Origin: Monocercomonoides exilis PA203
Taxonomy: Eukaryota; Protista; Preaxostyla
DNA length: 64,000 nucleotides
Assembly: GCA_001643675.2 (NCBI GenBank)
Contig: LSRY02000007.1
Location: 930,001 to 994,000 of the forward strand
Direction: 5' to 3'
Made by a program: the position numbers and the translations under genes
In this document: piece by piece, positions 13,330 to 27,100 of the stretch
How positions within the stretch are numbered: position 1 is the first letter of the stretch
Layout of the letters: every line of letters starts with the position of its first letter
The notes under the pieces: model-generated
The model's input: only the letters and a program-made list of their open reading frames with translations
Database searches by the model: none
What the model was told of the DNA's origin: nothing

Positions 13330-14469
13330 TCATTCTTTAATGTTTACATCAACAGCAAATCCTTGATGCATTGTCAATTCCTGATTTTCCTCAGGGGGCA
13401 GCGAAGTTTTATTGTCATTTGAATCCGCGTAAGCACTCTGAACTATACTTCCTTCATTTGGCTGATATGTGCTTTCTGTTGGAACAGGAATTGGAGGTTG
13501 AAATCCAAGGGGCTGAAATTGTGGTGACTGGAAGCTTTGTTGCGGCGTTATTGCAGGTGCTGCGGGATAGCTTGCTGGAAACGCTGTCGGATATTGGGAA
13601 GCCGGAAGCTGCGACGGAGGCGCAATTGTATCTGAAGGTAAACCAGTTGCAGGCTGCATTGGATAGATAGAATTAAAAGCACCATTATTTGGATAGTTTG
13701 GTAATTGGAATTGATTCGATATCTGCTTTGTTAAAAAACATGTTGATTAAACAAAAAAATTTGAATATTAACAAAGCAAAAGTGTAAATAGAAATAATTT
13801 TTAATATGAAAGCCTATCAAATAGACAACAAACATTTAGCTGTTGAAGATATGTGAAAACATAATGGATCATTGATTGAATATGATCAGAATCGTACGAG
13901 ACACTTGGAGAAATTGTACTTCCATCTCTCAAAAAAATCGTAAAATAATGGCAATATGTTATGCGCTCTCGTCCATTATTTGTTATTTGACTAACTCCTA
14001 GTGATGCCTCAATATTAACTATGTCGTTCATTTTAATAGTTTTTTCGCTTTTTTTTGCACAAACAAGTTTCCCGATGCATGATGGTTGACTTTTTAAAGT
14101 AAGAATTCCTTCTTCTGGGTCCAATATTATATAATGATGAAAACTATCTCTTGCTGTACAAATAAACACGCCAGCTCCAATTACAACAAAAATAACTATA
14201 ATCTAATAAACAACTTTCAAATAGTAAGCAGAAAAAAAAAGGATAATACAATTATAGGAAATGAAGGCCCAGCCAATACAATAACCACAATCAGCATTCC
14301 AACACATACTGCAGTCCAAAGAGAAATAAAAACCAAGCCAATATATGATGGCGATTCTTCAAGCATAATACAAAAACATGCACAATTTTCATTTATTTAA
14401 AGAATGAAGAACCAAACCATGAAACTTCTTTTTTTCGAGATGAACAGCTGTTGGAGCCTGCGGAATCAT
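13330..14469 (-). CDS. Hypothetical membrane protein: two TM helices, a small beta-rich domain and a Pro/Gln/Tyr-rich tail; about 4 exons
   Basis: ATG at 14469; intron 14417-14357 (GTTTGG..AAG); hydrophobic exon IGLVFISLWTAVCVGMLIVVIVLAG. Further GT-AG introns link ORFs 13801-14169 and 13330-13659. Confidence 0.65.
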
Positions 14470-15191
14470 AAGTAAAAAACAACAATCTTAAATATTTAAA
14501 AAGGTTATTTGATCAAAGTGAAAAAAAATGTATAAACAATCCAGTTGAGATAAAAATTATTCTTTATCACTTATATATTTTGTTGATGATGAAATGAGAA
14601 GAAATAATTTTTTATTGAACAAAAAACAGAAATATTTAAATTCAAACATCTATCGAAAATTTTCAAAATATGTGTTTTGTTTTGTATGTGCCGCCTAATA
14701 TATTATATAATTTTGTAATTAATATATATCTTTTCCCCTTGAGAAAGAAAGACTTATATTGATATAAAAGCAGAAAAAGTTTTAAATATATCCTTGTGTT
14801 TTTCCATTGATGAAAGTATTTTGTACCACATCACAAAAATTCAATAAGGACTTATCAAACACACGAATAATTTAAATTTCATTACTAAATTTTGTTTACT
14901 CCAGTTAAAATCAACTTTATCTCTTGTTAAAAATCAAACAGAATTTTACTTTACGAAAAGCTAACGAAAATAATAAAAGAACAGATATTTAAGAGTTTTC
15001 ATTTTCATTCATAAAAACCAATAAAATAAATAAGAAATAGTATCAAAAAGCCAATTGAAGTTGTAGCAAGCACGCCACAAACAGAAAACAACAAATGATG
15101 CATTTTTGAATAAAAAAAACTTCACTTCATTTTCAGATTAAAAAAAACTTTTCACACAACATTAATTCCAAATTTCTCCATCTCTTCTTCT

Positions 15192-18100
15192 TCATTTGTT
15201 CATGCTTTCGACCAGCTTTCTTGCCTCTGCTGACACACTCAATTCCTCTTCCTCTGACAACTCGTTGTATCCAATTGCATCGGACATCGTCACCATCACT
15301 GTGCCTGCAGGAAAGTGCTGGATGAACTCTCTCTTCAGCACATTCAGCTCCACACGCTCGCACCCTCTCTCCGACACGCAGCTCTTCACAACTGCCTCAA
15401 ATGTGTTCCCTGAAACCCCCTTCATGTCTGGTCTCTCACCATTCACTATCTTCTGCCCAGCAACCACTGCCTCATACTCCCCAAATGGGATCTGCAGGGT
15501 CAGGCACTCCCACAGCATCATCCCAATCGAGAATGAAACTGACTCCTTTGTTGCTCCCATCTTCTTCTTCATCTGCAGCTCAGGCGCCTTCCACCTCAGA
15601 CACTCCTTTCTGTTGTCATCCTCATCCTCAAAGGCTGATGAAGGTGGTGGTGAACCTCGACCATTCCTGTTGGCAGATGAGAAGTCAGAGGAAGATGTGA
15701 TGATGGTGGAGGTGGAGGAGATAGATGAGGAATCTGAATCATCTGAAGAGAAGTCTGAGTGCTTGGCAATGCAGATGATCATGTGCTCTGAGAACAACAC
15801 AATGTGAGGACTCAGATTTGCAAGAGATGACAGCTCGTCTTCTTCATTTTCAAATGAGTGGAGTGCCCCATTCGCCACCCAGAACAACACCTGGGCAGCG
15901 GTGTGTTCTCTCTCCTTCAGAGTGCCAATCGCCATCTCTTTCTTCTCATTCCTCCCATGAAGCAGCATGAACAGCGAATCTCGCAGATCCACAATCAGCT
16001 TTTCAAACACTGATGAACAGGCAATTGCATCCACCAAATTCGACATGGATGAGGTGGTTGGACACAGATCCTCTCCTCGAACAAATGTTGAATCTGAATC
16101 AGTTGTTGAAGTGGATGAGATGGATGGCGATGGCGATCTCTTTCTTGTCTCTTCCTCGACTTCCTTCTCATCAACTTTCTCTAATGCCCATTCTGGAATA
16201 TTATCTGAATCCCTTCCAAGGATGTATTCAGTGGAGCCACTCTCAGAAAGAAGATGCTCAGATGACTCAGAATGCCCCAAGCTATTCTCATACACCCTCT
16301 TCTTGATTCTCTCTTCATTCTTCTTCTCTGCCTCCCTTTCTGCTCTCCTCCACTGTCCTTCAGGTGACATCTCCATCGTTACCATCTCAAATGCCTTCGG
16401 ATCTTTCTTCACTGTATCATTCACAATCTCTTCCAGTTCTTCAGTTCTCCTCTTTTGCTTTCTCCACCGAGCAGCAAGAATAATTGAAACAATCAGAACA
16501 ATCATTAATACAATTCCCATTATAATAACAATTAATGACCATATCGAACTTTCTTTCTTTCCTCCTTCCGAAAGAATTCCATCCCCACTTGCCTGATGCT
16601 GGCTCCTGTTCTTCACCACAAAGCATTCTGTATGCTGTCGCGCTCCACTTTCCCCAATCTCTCCAAACTCTATCCCAATCCGCACTTCTGCAAAATCATC
16701 TTCACCTCCAAGATTCTGCCATCTAACTTTGCCTCGCACTTCTCTCTCTGACACATAACCACTTTCTTCAATCACTTCATGCCAGATTGCAGCATCGTTG
16801 GTTCCAATCCATTTCTCCACTCTCATCCACAGGTTGCATGGCATCAGAACTTGTCCTCTTACTATTGCTTCTCTTTCCTCTCCTTTATCTCCTGCCCAGG
16901 CATCTGCTTTTATTTCCACACTTTCCACAACAGGAATGAACAGAGCAGACATCCGTTCGTCTGCAACCCCCTGCAGGGAGCATCCACTGTTTGCAATCCA
17001 CAGCGAGCTGTTTTCCTTTGCACCATCCCCCCCTTTCAAGCTCTCAACAAACAAAACACCATTTCCGCTGCATGCAATGTTTTTCCGAGCAGATGGATAT
17101 TTTTCCGCTCCAGCACCGTTGTTAATAAATTCACTCTTTGAAATCCACACGTCTCCCTTTTCGATATTCACTCCTCCTTTTTCAGAATCCTTGATAATTA
17201 AATCCTTCATCTTTACAGTGCTATTTACCAATTCAACAATTGATTCATTCCATTGACATAGTTCTTTGATTCTGCTATTTTGGAACAATTTTTCTTTCTC
17301 ACTCTTTGAAAAGAGATTTCCTTCAAACAAGCCCGATTCAATTTTTGTGTCCATACAATTTATGGCAGTTAGAAGGAAAAGGACAGAATCATCAGTTAAT
17401 GAACAGTTTTCAACAATAAATCTCGGACTTGTTGTAACAGATATTATTGAGTTGATGTCATCATTTTTAACCAACACATTGCTAATCCTTGTTGAAGAAA
17501 TAGTCACCAATGCTAAATAAGATTCAATTGGAGATTGTTTTGAAGTTACATTTTGAATATAGCAGGCATTCATTATCAAAGACGTTTCTGAATCTGCCAT
17601 TAATAGTTGATATTTAAATTCCAAATTTTCAATAGAACAGTTGTTCATGATGCAATCGCCTGTTTTCAGAATAATCACTGGAAAGGGAAAAATAATATTG
17701 CTCTTCGGTTCATTTCCTTTTCCAACAAATGAACAGCAAAATAGTTCCACTTTTCCATTTTCAGGTGAAATAAGTGAATTATGTGTTGCATTCAATGAAT
17801 TACAAATAATAAACTTTATGTATTCAATCGATACACTATTGATTGTTCTAATAATATTTTCCTTTTCACACAATGTTATTGGAACTATTTGAACTTCAGC
17901 TTGATTTTTTGTTTTAGATGAAAGAGTCATTTCTTCGAGAGATATTTCTCCGTTTATAAAAGATTTCGTATCCACAATCATGCGACTCAAATAATCATTT
18001 GTCAGATGATTTATACCATAATCGATCGACAAGCATGGCAAAGAGTGGCTTCCGCATTGCCTTGTGTTACTCCCATTATTGGTCTCAAATGAACTAACGA

Positions 18101-21100
18101 TGATTGTATCTGCTTGAAAGATTGTTATAAAATCCAGCAAATCAACAACATTAATATATTCTGTGATATCCTTACCAAAAATTGCATTTTGCCGAATAAA
18201 ATGGTCTTCTCGCAAATCAAACATAAAATGAGACTCATTGACCTGATTAGCAATATTCACACAGCTAACGAATACGTCTCTCCCAAAACCACCAGTATTT
18301 CCGCTGAATATCATTTTATAAAATAAAAAGTTCAGTTTATCTGTTAATTGACTTTCCAGATAAACTCCTCCTCCATATCCCGTATCTGAGCAGCAGCTCC
18401 TTGTAATTGTACTGTTCTCCATTCTGAAAAGTCCTCCGGAATTCAATCTAAAATAAACAACTCCACCTTCTTGACTATTAATAGCCTTTGCATCTTCAAT
18501 CACAGACCCATTCATCTTCAATTCAACTCCATAAGGAGTGTTTGTGCTTAGCACGCATGCTTCATTATCCTTTTCAATCACATTCGATATCAAACAATTT
18601 CCAATCTCTAACTTTACAGTTCCAATATTATTTGATTTGCGAATTCCATCCATTTCATCAGAATTGCGGAATTCGACCAAACTTGAAGAAGAAACATTCA
18701 AAGAAAGCAATCGAGTGCCATCTATTAGGCATCCAAATGAGGAACTATCAACAATAATTAGCCCTTTTCCAACATTCATCGATTCAACAGTGAAATCACA
18801 AATATTTGCATATCCTCCATAAATGCAGCAAAATGAGCAATAAAAAATTGTATAGAATTCGATAAAGCAACCTAATGAGCAGCTTTCAACAACTAATTCT
18901 CCGTTTTTGTTTGTGATTAATGAAGAAGCAACACTATCCACCTCTTGAGATATCTCAAATTTTATTAATACAAAATTTGAGCTGCCATAATTCAATAAAT
19001 ATGATTCAATCCCTTCTTGCAGAAATCCAAAACTCAGTTTTCCGATTTTCTCTGTTTTTGAGAATGCATCGGATGATTCAATTGTTATGTTTCTCAAATC
19101 AAAAGAATTCTCAACTTTTGTTTCCCCTTCAATCACAATCTTTTTCTGATTTGTTGATTCTTTCAATTGATAATAGCCTTTCCAGAAACTTCTGCACGGA
19201 AAATTATCATCTCCGCATCTCATCACATCATATCCACCAGAAGATATTCTGATGCACTCATTTTGAAATTTATCTAAAAACAAAAACAAGTCAACTTCCT
19301 CATGAACTTTATCACTGCCAACAAACAGATTATTTTCTCCTTTTAACGAATTCCAGTCAAATGCAAATGAATTTGACATCACTGATGTATTTAAATCAAA
19401 GCTTAAAATAAACACATTCATTCCAATAAATGCACAGTTGCTATCGAAAAATGAAGAATTGAAATAAAATGGCAATGAAAATTCTGATTCGTTGCATCGA
19501 ATGAATGCAGCTCCTCCTTTTCCGAAAATTGTAGAACATTGACAATTTGTAAAATATGTTTTATTTAATGAAGCAGTTTGGCTTTGTGATAAATTAATGT
19601 GTAATACTCCTCCATCTTGACATGTTGGAGACTCCACTTCATCAACGTGGCACTCATTTAGAATCACAGATGAGCTAAAAACAAACGGAGTAGATTCAAA
19701 GCATAAGCAAGAAATATTGCACATTTTCATTTTTATTTCTCCATTTATTTTTCTCACCAATCCATATTTTATACAATCTTTTGCGTGACAGGCAAACGAA
19801 CAATTTGTAAATCCAATAAAATTATCAGTTGACTGTAATAAAAATGTTGGATTTGAAGCAAACATCGAAGGAATATTTATCATTAATCTTTCCATTTCAA
19901 ATCTTTGCTTTGTATTTATTATGCTTTCTCGTGCTTCTGTTGGTAATGTATCATCTACCGAAATTTCGCATATAGAATCTTCATCTTCTTTTTCACCGAT
20001 AATGGAAATTTTTTTCTGGAGATCATAGCATTCTTTTACAATTCCAAAATCCAATAATACTACCTTAGGATTTTCCTCTGTTACGCTATCACTGAGATGA
20101 TCAATACCACTCCAGATAGTGGAACAAGGGGTTAATAACTCTCCACATCCTTGGACATCAATCCCATTTATTTGTGACACATACACACAATCAGATACCC
20201 TTTTAACCAAAAGCATATATAAATCAACTGGGCTTTCTGAATAACTCGCTTTGTCCATTCCGGCCATGCTAATTATTTGCGATCCAAACTCATCAAACAG
20301 TTCAAGGAGAAATCTTTCAGAAATGATTGTGGAATTGAGATCATTACATGAAACAAACAAATCTCCCCCAAAACTGGCAGAATTATTTGCAAATGTTACA
20401 TTTGAGAATTGAAAACAATTATTGTAATCATCATCCAGAATTAGAAAGGCCCCACCTCCTTTACAATTTTCACCATCTAATTTAAAATTTTCCACGCTTG
20501 TATTTTTTAGAAACATTTTATTTTGACTTTTCCCTTCAAACCTCAGCATTCCTCCATCTCTTGAAGTCTTTTCAAAACCTGAAAAACCGGAAGAATTCGT
20601 AATTTCAATATTTCCTTTTCCAACTGAGCAAATGCTTCCTTTTATTAGCTTGCATTCATCAAGATCAACCATTTTCAGAGTAATAATTGATTCAACATAT
20701 CCAGCAATTAAACTGTCACTCTCAGAAGTAATATTTCTAAAAGATGTTAGTTCAATTAGCATATTTGCATTTTCAACGAAAAGTGCTCCTTTCTTTGCTG
20801 TAAATGATATTCCATGAATTAATGTATCTGTCATGTGTAATTCTCCTCCTTTCACAGATGCAATTTGCACATTTGTGGAAGAATAGCTACGTGCAAGTAT
20901 CAAAAACTCACAATTTGTGATAGAAGCCAACCCAATGCATACAGCAAGAAGCTCAGATTCCTTTGAGTTTTCTGGCACTCCAACTTGTAGCTTGCTCAGG
21001 GTTAGTCCCGTATTCAAAGTTCCATTTGTTAGCTCCAAATGCCCGTTTTGGTCTATTTCCATTCTAACTTTTGTCTGATTTCCTCTAATTGTCAAGGAAG

Positions 21101-24100
21101 AACCATTTCGGTGAATTATTCCATTTAACTCTGCCTCTCTCTGAATTTGAATTGTCAATTTCTCTTCATTCATTTTTTTCAGCCCCAGTTCCACGTTTAT
21201 ACAGGGCGTATCCTCGAATCCACAGTTCTCTTCAGCCGAACCACTTTTATCAACGAACAGTGTCTCATCTGTTGTTGGATAAAGATAATAAAACAGTGAT
21301 CTGTCGATCAATAAAGCAGGTTCGTCATCAACAACCCACAAGCGCCTCCTTGCGTCTTCATCTTCAGTTTCTGAACTTGTGCCATTCCACAGCAAAGGAT
21401 TAATTACTATTCGTGGAGCTGCACAAACAACAAAAATATCCTTTCCTCTCCATGCAACATTTTCTCTAAAACTTAAGTTCTTCATCGAATAGTTTTTAAG
21501 CATTACATCAAATCTAACGTAAATTCCACCTCCATATCCACTTTCAGAGGGTGTAAAGCACCAGTTAATATCGTTTCTGTTGAACAAAAACGAACTGCTT
21601 TCCTTGATATTAAGAAATAAGCCTCCCCCTCTTTCTCCAGAACCTGTGCTACCATTTGAAAATGTGCAGTTCTCGATTCTAACTGTTTTACCATTTCCAA
21701 CAACACAGTTCACAACTCCTCCATTTCCTCTATCCCGTTTCATTTGCGAAAAAGTATTGTTTTCCATTTCAACAGAACAGCCTTCTTCGATAGTCACTCC
21801 ATTATCATCTTGCTGAATCGACTTTTGCATTGTGCAATTAGTTAAATTAACAATTCCATTTCTCATCCATACCAAGGAGTTACCTTCAATTATCTGAACC
21901 TCTTTAAAATCCATTTCAGTCATGTTTCCGTTGGATTCTGTTCCTTCAAAAACAATTACACTGCTTGACTTAAACACAATGGGGCCAATCTCAAATTTTC
22001 TGATTGTCAAAATTCCTCCCATTACTTTAATAAAGCAATACATCACATTTTCATCTTTTGTCGAAACAAAACTATTTTCTAGTGTCAAAGTTGAGGTTTC
22101 ACACAAAAAAATTGTGTTTATTGATGGCTTGTTGAATTGCGATGGCAAAGAAAATCCAATTTCAGATACAGCAACTGGAATATTAATCTCCAAAAGTCCA
22201 TTTCCTATTCCTTCAATAGTACCCATTACTTCTATTTCTAATCCTTCATTTTCTCCATTAATATATATGGGCTTTGAATCAAAATTTATGCAATCCTTAA
22301 ATTTAAATTGCTTCAGCAAAGTCAGATCAGCTCTTTCATTACCAAACCTTGTTGAAACTGCATATTGTATGCTTGAGCATGGATAAAAATAGAAACCGCA
22401 CGTTGGGTAATCAAACTCCTCCGTCCCTCCGACAAATGCAGGCTTGCACCACTCATGCATGAATGATACAATTGGTACAATTTGCATTCTGCTTCTATCT
22501 TTTCCAATGTATTTTGAATGATCTTCAGGATTTGTACTAACATTTAATTTTATCCATTGATCTATTGACAGCTTTGTTAAATCCTCTCCTAATAAAAATA
22601 TATTTTCCCCATTATTTGTTGCAATATTTCCCTCTTCTCCAACGCCAAATTCAATACTTGTCATTTTCACTGTGCAAGTCTCGCTATTTATTGAAATCCA
22701 AATACCTCCCCCATTTCCACCTATCAAATTCTTTTCTCGTGACGCACATTTCTGAATATTTGTTGTTGTGTCAATTCTTCCGCAAGCAAAAGTACTTCCT
22801 TCTTGAAGCTCAGCAGCAATCACTCCTCCATTTCCTTCATCTGTTTCGCAAGAACTTGCATTAATGGAAGAAAAAATAGCACTTGCTTCATTGCCAACAG
22901 AGCATTTTATCACGGATCCATCACCTTTTCTCGTTTCCACGAAAGAAAAATTGCATCCTTCTATGGCAATTTCCTTTCCGAAAGAAAATTCAATAATTCC
23001 TTTTTCAGTTGATGTGTATTCTTGAATGGAAGATGAATTCATCAAAAATGTTCCATCATTCTCAATTATGAAACCAGATGCCCCATTAAAATTTATTCCA
23101 TCAATAACAAAATTTTCGAGTGAAGAAATACCGCTTTGAACAATAAGAAATGAACTGTGCACATCCATTTCTCTCTCTGAACAAAAAATTCGACAGTCAA
23201 TCAATGATAGTGAAGATTCAACGCACAAAATCAATGATGCATAATTTTCTAAAGTTGATGAAACCTGAAAATGAAGATTTTTCATGGTTGTTTTTACTGA
23301 GGTTTCAATAATTCCTTGTTGGCGAACTTCTTCATTACGCATCACGCAAATCCTTTTCTCTTCATCAGAGATTGATATTTTCCATGGATATCGATCTAAC
23401 TTTAGCTCGTGATCAAACGAAAAAGGGTGATGTAATTCAATGTCCCGAGATTCTTCTCCACATCTCAACAACACTGCATGCTCTATTGTTGAGCATGGAA
23501 CCTCATAATGTCCACATTTGCTAAAATCTCCACTTGCGCTTCCACCAACATGAACAGGAAAAGAGAAATTGTTCCACAAAAACACAAGAAGAGGAATAGC
23601 AAATATATCTCCTGTTGTTGCATTTTCAAAGCCTTCTACAGAATGAAAGCCTAAAGTATTCAGCTGAAATTTCAATGTCATGTTATTTATCTTTTCTGAC
23701 AGATTTTGAGCAGAGACAAACACGTTGCTTCCATGCCTTGCATTGCAACTGTCAAACAATAGTTTATCAAAAGAAAACAGTCCAGAACCTTCTTTTATAT
23801 CAAGGTATATCCCACCTCCAAGCCCAAATGCTTCTTGATTATCTTCACTTGCTTCACAATTTATCATTTGCCCATTGTTTTTATTTGAAGATGAATTACC
23901 TATTTCAAGAGATGAACCCTCCAATAGATTAACCCATATTCCACCACCGTTTCCACGATTGCTTGCGCAAAATGAAAATGTGCATTCATCAATACAAAGA
24001 GAGCTTCTGTCAATTATGCTAACACATATTGCACCTCCATTGCAATCTGACCTTGAAATGTTGCTCAACGTATTGTTCACGAGCTCAATTGAAGATGAAG

Positions 24101-27100
24101 ATTCACAAAAAAGAACACAACTGTTCACAGCCTCCAAAGGGGAAGAAAATATTGAATTTTTAATATGGAGGGATGCTTTGTCAGAAACTTCAATAATCCC
24201 ATTGCAATTTATTGTCGATACATTTGTGAGTAACATTTGATCAGCTTCATATCTTGCATCATTTCCTTCAAGAAAAATAAGTGGATTTCCTTCAATTCTT
24301 ATGGAAGAAGCTTCAAATTCATACATTTTCATTGAACCTGAAGTTACAGCAAATACACGACAGTTGAGACATTCTTGTTCATTGCTCATCTTCAGACCAC
24401 AATAACTCATCAAGAAAGTTCCAGCCTCAATAGATATCATGCAGTTAACATTTTCAGACTTTGTTAATGGAACAGAAAAAATTATATTTGTCAGTTGACA
24501 ATCAATTTTGCATGTTATTAATGTAGAACAATTCAACTCTTCAAATGGCAGCAAGTTAATTGTTGATTTTTTATCACATCTTATATCCCAGTTATAATCA
24601 TTCAATTCAATATCTTTCGAAAACACATACTCCTCAAAAAGAGAAATAAACCTTCTTGATGCAGGAAATCTAAGTCTCACGGTCATTTCAATTGTTGAAC
24701 ATGGATAATTATTAAATCCACAAGCTGTGAAGTCTCTACTTTTCGTTCCTCCAACATATGCAGGAGATGAAAAAGTTAGTAAATATGGAATCAATGGAAT
24801 TGCTTCACCATAATATCCATCTTCAAATCCCTCAAGATCTTGGTCACTCATTCCACTATAATTAAAATCTATTCTTTCCTTAATTAGCGCGTCTCTCATC
24901 TTCTTTGCTTCAACAAATATACAATTTCCACCTTTTGTTGCAGTGCAAGATTGAAACTTCATCTCACAAAACTTGAAATCACAAACTCCATCTCTTATGT
25001 CCATAAACACTCCACCTCCGAATCCATGATTATTCTCTGTTCCCTCTGCGTAACATGATGACATTTCCATGTTATGTAATCCAAGCGTAACTTGACCTCC
25101 AAGCATCATCCTAAAGAAGCAACATCCTCCACTTCCACCAGAACATGAACAATTTGAGAAGTTACATCCCGTTAATAGAATCTGTGATGAGCTTCCAACC
25201 ACTGAATTGATAATGCTTCCATTTCCTTTCTTGCAATTTGTATTTTTAAATACAGAGTCATTAGCAGATAATGATACGCATGAAGATTCCATTTTTATGA
25301 TCGAATGGTCTTGCGTTGTCAAAGTGTCAATTACAACAGATTCACAAATAACTATACCACTCAGAAGAATAAAAACTGAATTTTCCAGTGATGATGACTG
25401 CTGTATAACTGTAATATTTTGAATATCTAGAATCGCATCTCCATCGGCATTTGTTCGAAACAGAGTGGATGAAAATGGTGGATGTGGGATTTTAAATACG
25501 ATACGACGCACACGTAGTTTATCTGAATAAATCTCGAAAAGGCTCCCTCCTGACCGAGTTGTCGATTCAAAAACAGTATTTTGCATATTTAACGTGTTAA
25601 GGTTTCCTTCAAATTCATATGTTTTCCCTTCAACTTGAATGTTTTGAGCTGAAAAAGAATTTGGAGATAGAATAAACAACTGATTTTCCCACCTGTTCCA
25701 TTTATTTAATGAATAAACAATTGTTTTACATGGAATGGTTAGATTTCCACACAGATCATTATCGGTTCCTGACTGATTGATATGAATATTTGGAAAAGCA
25801 GCAAATGGAATCCACTCGTTTTGTGCAATTCCATCAAATATGATCACATGATTAAGTTCTGAAGATGAATAACAATGATTAAAACAATCTTTTGTAATTG
25901 TTGATTTCCATTCGCTCCCTACACTAACATCATTTCCTCCATTAATCCCACTATTGTTTTTAAAAAAACAAAAACTGAGGATTGGACTTTGTTCACCATT
26001 CTCCCCAGAAGCAGGATACGATAGCCCAATTCCTCCTCCTATGCTATTTGTTGCCAAGCATTGGTAGCAGCAGCATTCAATTATCTTTGTACCATTTGTT
26101 TCTCCAATCCACATTCCTCCACCTCCAGCATTTCCACCACCTCCTTTGTTTGTGCAATTAAAGAAATAACATCTAATGATTACATCATTTGGTGATGATG
26201 GACCAGTTCTATGATGCAATCCTCCTCCATTTGTTGTTTTCGTTGAACAATTTGTATAGTTGTTGTCTTGCATATTAGATATAGTTCCTCCATTCATCAG
26301 AGTTCCTCCACCGAATGCGTTAGCAGAACAATTTGTTGCTGTACATCTCAACAAATGACTTTCCGCAGAACCCCAGGAACCAAATGCTCCGCAATGATCC
26401 CCAAGACAATTTACAGCATCACAATCTGTCACATTAAAAATTCCAGATCCAGAATATTGCACTGCTGCACCACTTGTTCCAGATCGTAGATCTTTAAATA
26501 AACAATTATGAACGAAACAATTGGAGTTTCCATTTATAGAAATCTTCTGAGATAAGTTTTTCGTGTTTTGTGCCGAAAGAAACGAACAATTATCTGAGGT
26601 CAATGAATGCTCGTTGCAAAGAGTCAATACAATCCCGCCATAAAACGGAATGTCAACTTTCGTAAACATGCTGTTAAAAAGAAATGTGTGTGAAGGTTGT
26701 GGTTCTTGTTGTGAACAATGCATTTTCTTCACTTCTGAAGAGATATTTTGAAAAATACATTGGTTAACAATTACTCTATCTGCGTCAGAAGAAGCCAAAA
26801 ATGGATTTTCGCTCAAGTGCAGAAAAGATGAAAAAATTGAATTCTCAACAGAAAGCGAGCAATGCTTCTTTATTTCCAGTACAGTTGATTTTGACGAATG
26901 GTGTATCGCATCCTGTGATGATGCAAATGTCACGAGTGATTCTCTAAGTCCACTGGCTTCGAATGCTATCACAGAAATATTATTAAAATACAAAGAGCTC
27001 TCATTGCATATAAAAATGTTCTTGTATTCATTTGATGCGAAAACAGTTTTTACAGTTCGTAATTCCAGAAATGAACTAGACTCTACGATTGCAGCGTGCG

